64,000 bases of DNA from Calcarisporiella thermophila CBS 279.70 (taxonomy: Eukaryota > Fungi > Calcarisporiellomycota). Made by a program: the position numbers and the translations under genes. This document shows, in pieces, positions 51,859 to 63,426 of this stretch; position 1 is the first letter of the stretch; the number at the start of each line of letters is the position of its first letter. Under the pieces are notes generated by a model, which made no database searches, had not been told where the DNA came from, and saw nothing but the letters and a program-made list of their open reading frames with translations. The stretch spans positions 600,870 to 664,869 of the forward strand of contig NW_027192205.1 in the NCBI RefSeq assembly GCF_041956535.1, read 5' to 3'.

Positions 51859-54209
51859 ATGACAGTAGCAAACGAGCAAAATGAACATGAAGATGCCAAG
51901 AGCGCCATTCGAAATACTGGATATCAACCTATATCTTTACCTTTTGATATCTCCGACACTTCTCTTCGGATAATCGAACGCTTGCCCGGCATGGACTCTT
52001 TGGTACATAAAATCTTGAAGGATATCTTATTTCATGCTAAAACAAGGCGTGGAGGCGGTGGTATAATAAACGGAAAGCCTGGAACAGGAAAATCGGCATT
52101 AGCTCGCTGCATTGCTGGTATATATTTCCATAGTTTAAATTGTAAATAAGAATGAGAATGCATTTCGATTTATAGAGAGCACGGGACTAGGATATAAGAT
52201 TGTCAACTGTCCAGATATATTTCAAACTGGTAATCATTTCCTCTCTTTTTCTGGTTCATTCTAGCGTATCTGATTGTATAAGTTTAGATGAAGGAGAGAG
52301 TGAGCGCAAAATTGAAGAAATCTTCAAAGCTACAATTGAGTCTCCGGTGCTCTCCATTGTAATCCTGGATGAGATCGATGTTATTGCAGCTGCCAACCAC
52401 CGCACAGGTATCTCTGTCGCAGAACTCAAGTATTTCATAGGAAATCCTCATATATTTAATATGATATCAACTAGGCGTCGAAGGTCGTGTCTACTCTGCG
52501 CTAGTAAACGCACTGGATGATGTGGTTGAGAAAGGGAACGTATTTGTGTTGGGAATTACAACCCGTGCACATGTGTTGGACAGAAGCGTGACGCGGCCTG
52601 GAAGATTAGATCGCGATTATGCTATTGGATTATTGACAGCAAAAGAACGGTACAAAGTGTTGAACTTACTTACCGAAAGTAAGCTAGAGCTGACAATTAC
52701 TATTCCAAATACAATGATTTTTGGAAACAAATTAAATGTTATAAACCTGATAAATGACGGCTATTTTTCTTGATCCTTCGTTGATATAACTAGAAATCCC
52801 ATTTGAAAAATCAGAGCGCGAAGGCATTCTCCAGGCAGTAAGTAAACGGACGCATGGTTTTGTGCCAACTGATCTGCAGAATCTTTGCACGCAAGTCGCT
52901 CTTTCCTTAATTTCTTCCCATAAATCAACCATCGCCTACTCTGACTTCGATAACGCCCTCCAATCTATTCGCCCTTCCGCCCTCTCCGAATTTCATGTTC
53001 CAATTCCTCCTGTACGCTTTAAGAATCTCTATGGAGTTAAATCTATTATAGAGGATCTGCAAGCTTCCGTCGTACGGCCCTTCGAGCACCCAGAGCATTT
53101 TCTTAGCATGGGGATTGCTCCTCCACGTGGGGTTTTAGTATATGGTCCACCCGGAGTAGGGAAAACAATGCTATGTTGTGCTCTGGCCGCAGAAACTGGT
53201 TTAAATTTCATGCATGTGGAGGCTTCACAAATTCGATCAAAGATAGTTGGAGAATCCGAGCGGAATATTGCAAAGATGTTTGCTGCAGCAAAAGGTAGCG
53301 CACCTAGCATATTGTTTATTGATCAGGTATGCGGTTACCACACTCAAGGCGCCAATTTAAGTATTACTGAAAAGACCTGGCTTACATGCAGATAGATGTG
53401 CTCGCGCCAAGGAGAGGAACCAGTACTACCTCGGAGAATACAAGCGACCGGATAGTGACTGGGATATTGACAGGTAATATTGCTCTTGTTCCCAATAATC
53501 GTGCACAGTTATATGGACTGGACCTGTATTAGAAATGGATGGTTTCTTCACTGATAACCAGGAAGTGAACGTACTGCTTATTGCTGGTGAGTGGATACAC
53601 CCACGTGTCAGAAATGATTTTCTATAGTTATTATTTTACCTTTTATGCATCAACTTAGCATCCAATAGACCCCAAATGATTGACCCAGCACTGCTAAGAC
53701 CTGGAAGACTTGATATACATGTGTATATGGGACCGCCGGATGCTCAAGTAAGCCAAAGTGGCGTTAAGCAGTAAAGAATATTGACTAAGTTAAAGCCCTT
53801 CTAGCAACGGCTAGAAATTTTCCAAGGAATTGCTAGTACGATGCCTTTGCAACTAGACGACAAGCAAATGCGATGGTGGGCGGAGAAAACGGAAGGATGC
53901 TCCGGTAAGTAGAGCCGCAATCGCCTTAATGAAATCGAGGTAGCCAACGGATGAGTCTACTTTAGGAGCGGATATAGAAAATTTGTGTCGCGAGGCGGCA
54001 CTATTGGCCCTTAGAGAAAGCATTCAGGAAGATAAAGTATATGCACATCCAATCTTGCTATCTGGATGCCGAAGTTATTACACGAGCTAATAACGCTATG
54101 CAATAATTAGGTAACTCATGAAAATCTGCTAAGAGCACGAATTGGAGTTCGACCTTCTCTTCTTGGCTACATTCCAAGCCACCCTTATGGAGCACTTCAT
54201 CCATGTTAA
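51859..54209 (+). CDS. Two-ring AAA+ ATPase of the CDC48/AFG2 family, no N-domain, D2 Walker B reads DQ
   Basis: D1 [24 protein letters not shown]; THGFVPTDL; D2 [52 protein letters not shown]. About ten introns; TAA at 54207-54209. Confidence 0.9.
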
Positions 54210-54680
54210 TAAAATAGTTCACTTCACACGATACCTTCACTATTGAATAAATTTGTAACCTTGCCTTGGGCCAGAGGCTATGGAAAAAGCTACCAATCTT
54301 TGGTTAGGCGCATCAGACTCCATTCCAAAGTTAGCCAGCACGTCAAATGGACGTAGTAATTGACCGTTCAGCTTTTGCTCTAGGTTTACTCTATTTATGG
54401 CTTGTTGTTTCTGAGCAATTTGACATAATTATTCGGTGGCAAATTTTCAAATTTATCACTCGATAGATTAACTGTGCGCGACACGCCATATGTTACTGCT
54501 GCCCCAAACTAGTTATTTTTTTTTTTCATTCCCTTTTTTCTTTTTTTTTTGAAATCATAAGAGTTCATCTTGCTTTCTTTTTGAAGTCATTATTATTGAA
54601 ACTACTCGAGTTAAACGCTGGGTTATACCTACCGGACTTATATCTACCAAGAGTTTGCAGACAGTTTATCACCATAAGAT

Positions 54681-57600
54681 ATGGAGTTAGAACCCGGCAA
54701 GAGTGAAGCGGACCAAGAGTGTCAGCTAGCCCGCACAGGTGATTTGCTTCTCATATTTCCTTCTTGAAAAATCTCTATATTTAAGCAACAATGCATGGTT
54801 AGACTTGGAAGTACAGAAACCTGTGCCCGCTGACAAAACGCCGACTTCTCTACCAGAAGGAATCCCTTCGCGTCCTCATGAGAAAATGCCAGTTACTGGG
54901 AAGGAATATTTTATTACACAGGAAGAACCATTCAAACTGTCGAAATTGGTAAAGGAGTTTCTAAATGACGAGAAGGATGGCGACATGCAAAGTGAGCATA
55001 TTAAGCAAGAAGAAATAAGCAGTATGCCGCCGCAAAAAGAGAGTGCGAGAAATGAATACATCGAGTCCATGGATGACAGTACTACTACAGTAACACCTGG
55101 AGAGCTCTCCGAATTGAAATCAGTAAACGTTGATGCCGATACGTACCCAGAAGTATATGATGGACTAGCTGGACATGACTACGAAACCAGCGGCATTTGG
55201 CATGCTGATATTGGATCCAAGATCGAGAAACACAATGAATTGGCACGTTTCTTGGACGAAATACCAAAGGAAACTACGAAGGAGAACATTTACGAGGTTT
55301 CCGCTCATGAAAACTCGGCTCACGATATTGACGACGAAAGCTTACAGTTTAAGAAACTCGCTACGAATACTCCACCCGACGATTCTGAGCTCATGCCAAG
55401 TGCAACACCCCACCAAAACTCGAAGTCTAATGAGACATTTGGGTTGGAGACCATCGACTTGGCCCCGTCCAACGTTACAGTCAACATCCCAAAACGAGAT
55501 AACATGGAATTACCGGCGGATTACCCTGAAAAAGAGAGCCACAATTCGGAAGGAGCCAAAGAGCTAGATTTAATTGAGTCTACGCAGGACGAACCTCCCG
55601 GAGTAGTCGGAGTTTACGGTGTTAGAGACAGCGCTAAAGATCATCCCACGCTTGATGAAGCTCCTAGTACTCTCGAAATTGCGGCAGAAACTCCCACGCT
55701 TGCAGATATACCCGTCACTAATGACCCCTTTGCAGTGGATGTACAAGCCATTTTTGATGAGGCTGCTAATTCAACTAGCAAACCTGCTTCCGATATGAAT
55801 GAGCATAATTTTGTAGAAGATAATTCGCCAGACGAAGATATGAAGCGCAGCTCAGTAGTAAGCGAAAGTGTTAGAGAGCCAGCGACCGAGAGAGATGACA
55901 ATAGTCACAATAAGATGTTGAATGCCCATGGCCCACTATCAATTGAGGATAAGTCAATTTCCGGGGACCTATACCAGGGTGAAGAAGATATGGAGGATGG
56001 ATCCAAAGAAGAAAGCGTGAGCTTGAAAGAATCGGGTGTTAGTGAGCCGAGCCCATCAGCTGTGAAGGCGAATCCTGAAGAGAGAGCTATAATTGATTTG
56101 CCCAAACCCCAAATTCAGAATGAAGTAGGAGAAACAACCGCAGAAGTATCAGTGCTATTTGGGGAGCTCATAGATCAAGATTGCATTGAAGAGGATCCAA
56201 AAATGGTCGATAAAAAAAGCGAGGCAGTTCTTGGTCCCAAGTTGGAAGAAGCTACTGATGAGACGTACGAGATAAATTATGAACAGGGCGAAGAAATGAA
56301 AAGACTTGTGGATTTAGCAAGAGACAATGAGCCAGCGAAAGAAGTGATCCATGAAATCTCTCTGGATTCAATCGAAAATCCGAGTAATATCGAAGAACCT
56401 CTGGAGGAAAAGAGCTCAGTCTTGGATAGCGCTGAATATAAAGAGGGTGCATCTACTGATATAAATTGCGCAAGTGAGGATATTGACGCTTCCAATAACA
56501 TCAATAACCCGAAGGCCGCCGATGATGTTCTTTGTCTATATGGAAAGGATGTGGAGACGAACGAAGAAGCTACGCCTGAATTAAATAGAAAGGTTGTATC
56601 CTCAGTTGTCGACAAAGAGGCAAACCAAGAGTCAAACCCTGATACAAATATCGAACCACGGGTCACTAGTGAAAATAATGATGCTGAGATTTCCGGTATC
56701 ACTGAGGACCTTGAAACTATTAATGAGGTTCTCGAACCCTGCGATGAAAATATAGAACCAACCGATGAGGCGAAGCCGGATTTAAAAGTGAGATTTGAGC
56801 CAGCGGATTTTGGCGAGAAGACCGGTGATTCCAATGACCCGACGAAAAATCCAGAAACAGCCAAGGAGATAGAAGAAGAGGTTGCAGTGGTTGCAGAAGA
56901 TGAATTAGATGCAAAAAGTTCAGATATCGACCCCGTTAATACCGAGAAGGAGACTGAGTATGTTCATAACCCCGAAGTGAATGAAGAAGGGAAAGAGAAT
57001 ATGCTAACGGTAAAAGCAGGGGATCATGCATCATTTGGTCTCGAGCCCGTCACTGCACATGTGTCCAGAAAAGAGACAGAAATAGCGAAAGGTATCCCAG
57101 AGAGTAGAACGGAAGTGATAGAGCACGAAAGAGATGAATCTTTTGAGCTACCTGTCGTTGATGAGAAAATCGAGGAGTTTTCAGCTAATGTTGAGCACCA
57201 GATTATTGAGAGTATGTCCAGAAATCAGAATATAGAGGAGATGGAAACGGAAATGAAGGATGAGACAAGATATGAACCGCATTCAACCGGCTTAGCTCCT
57301 ACCACTGAGTTTGGACAATCTGTCGAGTCTGTCGAGCAGCAAGAGGGGCAGCATCTTGCCGTGTTTCATGAGAAAATACAAGAAAATGATAATGAGAAGG
57401 ATCCTGAGGTGAACTTAAGCGCTGAAAAGGCCATCGATGAGATCAAAACGGGAGCTATACTCCTACCCGCCGAAGAGCATGAAGTCAGGATTCTCTCCCG
57501 TGGTCAAATCGAAGAATTGCCGGTTGACAAGGAAAACAACTTGTCTACGGAAGAATCTCTTACGGAGGTGAGGAAAGAATCCCAAGCTGGTCCATTGTGT

Positions 57601-58314
57601 CCAACGAGCCAAGAAAGCGAGATTACTGATGGGTTGGCTCAAAATGGGAGTGTCAAAGCTCAGGGTATTACATACGACAATGAGTCGACCGTAGCTAGCC
57701 TTGATATCACCCAACCGGTAACGCGAGACAATAGTATTGATGAAGCTGATCTCGACAGAGAAGGATTGGAGAAAAATAATGACTCTACTGCCGAAGTAAC
57801 GAACAAGGAATTCAAAAAGGCAGAAGTATTATCTGATCGACAGGAGCCAAGTTTGACAGCCAATAATGAATTGCTCAAGGTGGAGAATGTGCTTAAAGAT
57901 ATATCAGGTGACAATACAGAATGTTTAGCAGCAATTTCTGCAGGACACAGCACAGAGCCGAAGATCGACCCTCGTGAAGCAATTACGGCAGATTTGCGGA
58001 AGACATCCCCTGCAAATGCACTTATGGAAGCCATAAGGGAAGAGAGTTCGCATGAATATGAGATAAAAAGGGCTGACCACACAGACGAAAACTCGGCTAC
58101 TTTTCAAGATATAAACGAGGAAAATCAGCTGAGACAGAGAAAGGGCGTCCACGGGCATTTACAAAGTGCCAGCCGAGATCTACAGAAGGAGGATGGAGCG
58201 GGAAAGTCGATGACCTCCAAACAGAGCAACTTGATCCTTTATGTTTCTGGTGCCATTGTTGCCGTGCTGGTCGGGGCTGGTTTAGCGGCATACACATTTT
58301 ATATTCGCAAGTAG
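54681..58314 (+). CDS. Large acidic, low-complexity protein with C-terminal transmembrane (tail) anchor
   Basis: ATG 54681; intron 54739-54802; about 1190 aa rich in E/D/S; ends LILYVSGAIVAVLVGAGLAAYTFYIRK*. Confidence 0.85.
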
Positions 58315-58758
58315 GAGCCAGCTTTTTTTTTTTTGAGACTGTGAAAAGGAGTATCCATCCTAATTCCATATACAAGCATATACTTGTCACTCATTTTTAT
58401 TACACTCGCTATATTGCCCGCAGTAATGCTAGTTTTCTCATCCATTCATTCTCTTATTCCATCCATGGATTCCATATCCCTTCACTCATTTTTGTTTATA
58501 TTTTATTTTAATCCCTTTCCTATCCTTTAATCCTAATCTATTCATTAATGCGTATTACCGAGGGCAGAACGAATCCAGTCAAAGTATAGGAGGTCAAAAA
58601 CAAAAGAATATGAGTCAATGTAACCAACTCCAATATCATTAGGGATTCTGCTGGAGTTTTCTCAAGTATCGACTTCATAGTATTTTATCTTGCCGTTCAC
58701 CAGAACCGCGTACGCATGGAGAAATTTGCGCGTCGCAGGCAGAAAATAGGCGTTTTCA

Positions 58759-58837
58759 TACCCGAATAAGAATTGAACTCGCAATGGCTGAATTCAGTAA
58801 GGCTTAGCATCGCTAAGTCCACTGCACCACCGCAGTA
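58759..58837 (-). pseudogene. Degenerate tRNA-like Pol III element (A box and B box retained)
   Basis: Minus strand A box TGGTGCAGTGG (58819-58829) and B box GAGTTCAATTC (58770-58780) at tRNA-like spacing. Stems are mismatched and there is no 7-nt anticodon loop. Confidence 0.55.
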
Positions 58838-58904
58838 AAATTCAATTTTTTAGGGTACCAGCAAAGTAGTTCCGATTTTGGACCTTGAAAAATAAGCCTT
58901 CGGC

Positions 58905-58972
58905 AAGTTACCCTACCTTTCTAACTGTACAGGATTCTATTCAACAAAAGTTTCGTTGAAAAAAAAAAAAAA
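58905..58972 (+). mobile_element. Non-LTR element extreme 3' end, copy 4, with A14 tail
   Basis: AAGTTACCCTACCTTTCTAACTGTACAGGATTCTATTCAACAAAAGTTTCGTTG(A)14 aligns by eye with the 3' terminus of copy 3. Confidence 0.75.
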
Positions 58973-59079
58973 CGCCAATTCTCAGGCTATCCATCTCTTC
59001 CCATCAGATAAATTATTAAACATAGAAAACCTGCCCGAGGAAGAAGAAAAAATGACGACTCCCAACGCTTCGAAACTCT

Positions 59080-59320
59080 TTCCCAAAGATGCTCGGAACA
59101 CCAAGCTTCCTCACACCAAAGGATTCAACATGCCACTAGGCCTCGTTTAGGCCAAATGTATTCTTTTCACTGCTCCCATACACAATAACCTCACTTTTTT
59201 TACACTAAATCTCTACTCAACAGACCAGGAGTAGTATGGCCTGGGAAATTTTGACTTAAAAAGGTCACTGTTCATATAGAAAGGATTTTTTTATAATAAA
59301 GTCCTGTATCGATCCAAAAC
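59080..59320 (+). mobile_element. Older non-LTR element 3' fragment, copy 5, in tandem behind copy 4
   Basis: CCAGGAGTAGTATGGCCTGGGAAATTTTGACTT...AGGATTTTT...AATAAAAGTCC matches the shared tail. DARNT near 59088 may correspond to the ORF-end EAKNT (weak). Confidence 0.55.
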
Positions 59321-60051
59321 TTTATCTCTAAATCACACAGGATTTTCTTCAATAAAGGGTTCACGGTTAAAAATAAAGCTAGGAATCTTATCTTTGGCGA
59401 CTTATCCGAATATCCAAGTACGATAAAACACATAGGCCCAAAGCACGTTCGACTTTCGTGTAGGGCGCGGAGACTATTCATGGTATAGAAAAACCAACAA
59501 CAATAAAGCAGCCACCAAAATAAATGGCCAAATTCTTACAAGAAACAAAATGCATAAAGGAGACAAGGGACATCATGCTAGTGCTGGTGATGCTGAAGCC
59601 TACCCATCCGTTTCCATCAAGTAAACCTCGAGTGCACGCAAAAATCTGTGCCCTAAGAGGAAAAGCATAGATGCGGCAATCCCCACTTTCCATCGCCTAG
59701 TTTAGGCTAAGATACATTCATACCCATCCAAAGAGAAAGACTAACAGTGTATTTTCCATGTCATATATATTGACAGAGAACCCAATAAAGACAAGTGTGA
59801 TAAAAAGACTATAAGTCATTACATAAATTCATACTTCTTTAGAAAGAACCGGAAAAAAAAATCGAGAGAAAGAGGGAAAGAGAGAGGGAAAAAATAGGGG
59901 AGGGGGGGAAAGCGATGTACAAATTATTTAAGAGCACACAGAGACACATTAAATATGTCTGCAATAAAGACATTTTATACCTATTTATAGAGGGAAATAT
60001 AAAAACTAGGATATAGCTTTAGGGGGGAGAAATAAATTGATACAGGCTGGA

Positions 60052-61005
60052 CTAAGAAGCCCCGGTATAGGTACTGTAGACAGGCACAGATCCATATACA
60101 TAGGAAGTATCGTGTGGCATCGAGTAGTGTTGCAAAGACTGTGCGCCGTAGGGATGCACATGTGGATGCGACTGGACACGCTGGTATGAGTATGGGTCCG
60201 GGTTTGACTGTACAGGTCGGTATGCAGTATAGTTGGCATAGGTGGAGTGGGTTTCTTCCCAAGGCAGCCCGCCATAAACGGACGAAACAGCCGGGTGCTG
60301 CTGCTGCTGATGTTGCTGTACGGAGCCAGGGCCAGGAACCAAGCCTCCACTGATTAATGAATTAGGGGGGGACGATGAGGCATTGGAGCCGGAGCCAGAG
60401 CCGGGACCAGAGCCAGAAGCGCCCAGCCCCTCCTGCATAAGGGGTTCGCGGAAGTTGTGCTTTTGCAACAGCTCGGAAGAAATTTCCAGATCCGCCAGCT
60501 CGGGCACTTGACTTGGGCGCCGTAACCGCCCAACAATGACATCCTCGATGGAGTAATAGCTTACGAGATGCAGGTTCCTTCCCGCAACCACTACCGACAT
60601 ACTCTTCTTGATGAGCCCATCTCGCTTGAATCTGTACGAGTTGGTGAGGCTACCCACGAGGGCTCGCTCCTGGGAGCGCTCGGGGCAGTCGCGAGCTTGT
60701 TTTGAGCGATCGGTCGTGGCTGCAAAAGAGTCGCGGCGATTGCCGCGCTTGTCCAGCTCACGGTAGATAAGGAAGTTGCCCAAGATCCGCGATGGGCTCC
60801 ACACACGCCCGTCGGTCCACCGCTTGATACCGGACTCCCGTTCATCGAAGACAAAGACGCTCCCCGAGCGCACTAGGGCCCGTTCCTTCTCCTGGAGCCG
60901 GCGGTTGATTTTTGGCAGGATTCCGCGCTGGCATGCCTCGAATATCAGGAGGGCATCATGGGTGGTTTCGATGTGCCCAAGGCTAAAGGATTCCGTGATG
61001 CTCAT
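60052..61005 (-). CDS. Gti1/Pac2 (WOPR) family transcription factor, Wor1/Gti1-like; intronless
   Basis: GHIETTHDALLIFEAC..RRLQEKER..SGSVFVFDERESGIKRWTDGRVWSPSRILGNFLIYREL; LVGSLTNSYRFKRDGLIKKS; HLVSYYS. Confidence 0.93.
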   Translation of the reverse strand: MSITESFSLGHIETTHDALLIFEACQRGILPKINRRLQEKERALVRSGSVFVFDERESGIKRWTDGRVWSPSRILGNFLIYRELDKRGNRRDSFAATTDRSKQARDCPERSQERALVGSLTNSYRFKRDGLIKKSMSVVVAGRNLHLVSYYSIEDVIVGRLRRPSQVPELADLEISSELLQKHNFREPLMQEGLGASGSGPGSGSGSNASSSPPNSLISGGLVPGPGSVQQHQQQQHPAVSSVYGGLPWEETHSTYANYTAYRPVQSNPDPYSYQRVQSHPHVHPYGAQSLQHYSMPHDTSYVYGSVPVYSTYTGAS

Positions 61006-62455
61006 TTTTCTCAGGCCAAAGGATTCTAAGAAAGTTCACGAGAGAGGTGAGCGGCATCGAAAAGGGGAAAAGCGAGAGGAAGGTGGCTTCACGTGAGGAA
61101 ACCGGTCATCGTCATGCATTCCATGCACGTAGATAAGCACCTTGCGAGGGAGATTACCTTGCGATGGGAAACAAACAGGGCGGGGCGAGACTGCTGCGAG
61201 ACGAGGCCGCGAGGGAGGCAGGGCGAGGCGGGAGGCAGGGCGCGGAGAATGGGGAGAAGAAGAGAAGGGCGAGCAGGCTGGTAGCTAAAGTACGTATTAA
61301 ACCTTTTTTCCTTCTATTTACTCGCGCCCAACTCCGAACGGCCCAAGCATTGGCCATGGGAGAGAGGAGGGGGAAATCCAGTGCCACACGGCTCTGCCGA
61401 TTCTGTGCGACCGCCTCGGTACAAGTCCGCATGCTGGTCAATCGTGAGAACGTGACTGTAGCGCGAGAATTCGCGAGCCCCAATTGCAATATACGCACGC
61501 TTATTACATAAAGTGCGGTGCACACGGTCGCAACTTGGTGGATACTTTTGTCTTTAGGATTCGCGAAAAATGCCAACTCTCTCCCGCCTAGCTTCGCATC
61601 CCCCCCAGCCCTAATCCACGGCCAGCATATGGACGGCCCACGGCGGCCTGCCCCCTCCCCTCCCCTCCCCTCCCCCCCCCCCCGGCTCTTATTCACAAGA
61701 GCACCCGTCTGGTGCGTAAGAACCTAACCTAATCTTAATCGAGTTGGACTCACAAATGACTCCCCGCAAGAGGCCACCACAGAGGCAGGCAGCCGTGAAA
61801 ACAGCTTCATTAGAGGGCTTTTGGAAGGGATAAGACACAAATAAAATGAGCGGAGAGTCACGTAGCGAGAGGGGAATAAGCATTACGTATGCACAAATAA
61901 ATGTTCAAACACTTCTGGCGTATTAGGAAACGAGGCTCCAAACTAAAATGCTCGGCCAATCACCGTTGCGACGGCCATTGGAGTATGCAAAGCCTCTGAT
62001 AAGTCGACGAGATCCAGTGCCCATGAAGCCAGGCTATTGAAGGATATCTCCAGGAGGCGGGTCGGAATTCCCAGCCTTTTAAGGCGCCATTCGGAAAGAT
62101 AACCATTGCCGAGCTCCAGGAAAACTCTGTCCCCTTCTATTTTAGCACGACCCCTTATCAAGAGTGTAGCCAGGAATCCGAGGTTGGAGTTGCAAGCCAC
62201 CGATTAGGTTGATACATAATACAGACTAGAAGCATTCGAGTCTACAAGGCCATGTGTCCGGGGATTACAACACGCTGGAAATCTTTTTATACCCTCCCCG
62301 CCAAAAAAAAAAAAAATTATGATATATTCAAGATTCAATAATTTGATCTATGCTATTAATGGTTGTTGTACTCGAATCTTGTTGTACATGCTTACTCTCA
62401 TCATTAGAAAATCTTGTGTTTTGTAATTCACAAAAAAAAATGCAAAAGAGAGAAC

Positions 62456-62527
62456 TGCCCAAGGCGCGAATCGAACGCGCGATCTTCTGTTTACGAGACA
62501 GACGCTATGCCACTAAGCCACTCGGGC
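62456..62527 (-). tRNA. tRNA-Thr(CGT), copy A
   Basis: GCCCGAGTGGCTTAGTGGCATAGCGTCTGTCTCGTAAACAGAAGATCGCGCGTTCGATTCGCGCCTTGGGCA. Confidence 0.95.
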
Positions 62528-63029
62528 ATCTTGAAAACTGAGTGCTTTTAGAATATATTAAGATGATATGAAACGTGGCGCAGTTTTTATATTCTTACTC
62601 TTGCGTGGGGGAGGGTTAGTGGGATCATGGTCCAATATGATTGCCTCTGGAAGTTCATAGTATCTGAACGCTGTTTTGGAAAAAGTTCGCGTGGATTCTG
62701 GTGCAGATACCGAGGTCGTCGATGGAGCAATGCGGGCCATTTGACTGGCACTTGATTATCTGAGCCTGGAAAGTTGATGGAATATTTGCCAGAAATATTC
62801 GTCAGCCTCAGAAATCCATTGAAATAGTGGGATATAGCTGCTTTTTATTTCCTATTTGGACACGAGTTCTCGTGCCGTGTGGTTTATATAAAAAACAGTA
62901 CTGAAGGATATGGCCGCTTTTTCTTTCCTTTTGGAACGCGAGAATTTGCGCCCTGCGGATTATTTAAAACATATTATACAAGCGAAGGAAGCTTCCGAAC
63001 AAGATTATTAAGTACAAGAAATCAAGAAG

Positions 63030-63272
63030 GAAGGCTGGGATAGGTCCGTACTTGAAAAGGTTGAGCTAGGCGTTCTTTGCTTTCTCAAAATCGAAGGCTG
63101 CTTCTTGGCTATTATCGATCAGAATTAGCAAGCTCTTTCCCCACCTCAACCTTTCTTCACCATTTTACATCTGTGATTTTCTCATTGTCCTTTGATTGAA
63201 ATGGGTAATCTGATAAGGAGATACACTTGAATGCGACTTCCTCATGTCCTTGGTTATCAATGACAATTGTAG
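63030..63272 (-). mobile_element. 5'-truncated non-LTR element, copy 2, upstream of tRNA-Thr copy B
   Basis: Reverse complement encodes IVIDNQGHEEVAFKCISLSD...WGKSLLILIDNSQEAAFDFEKAKNA*. 63208-63269 matches 39263-39324 at 51 of 62 nt. Confidence 0.85.
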
Positions 63273-63354
63273 TATGATATCGTCGCGAGAATTTTGTGAC
63301 TGCTTTTGTTTTTTCTAATATAAAATATTAATTTTCTTTCAACTTCACAGGTAA

Positions 63355-63426
63355 GCCCGAGTGGCTTAGTGGCATAGCGTCTGTCTCGTAAACAGAAGAT
63401 CGCGCGTTCGATTCGCGCCTTGGGCA
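63355..63426 (+). tRNA. tRNA-Thr(CGT), copy B
   Basis: Identical to copy A; T-run terminators follow. Confidence 0.95.

Noticed and set aside
58759-58837. Selenocysteine tRNA (CAGTGG D-loop, GTTCAATTC...TTCGGG end resemble tRNA-Sec)
   Set aside because: No TCA anticodon loop, no long variable arm and no extended acceptor stem.
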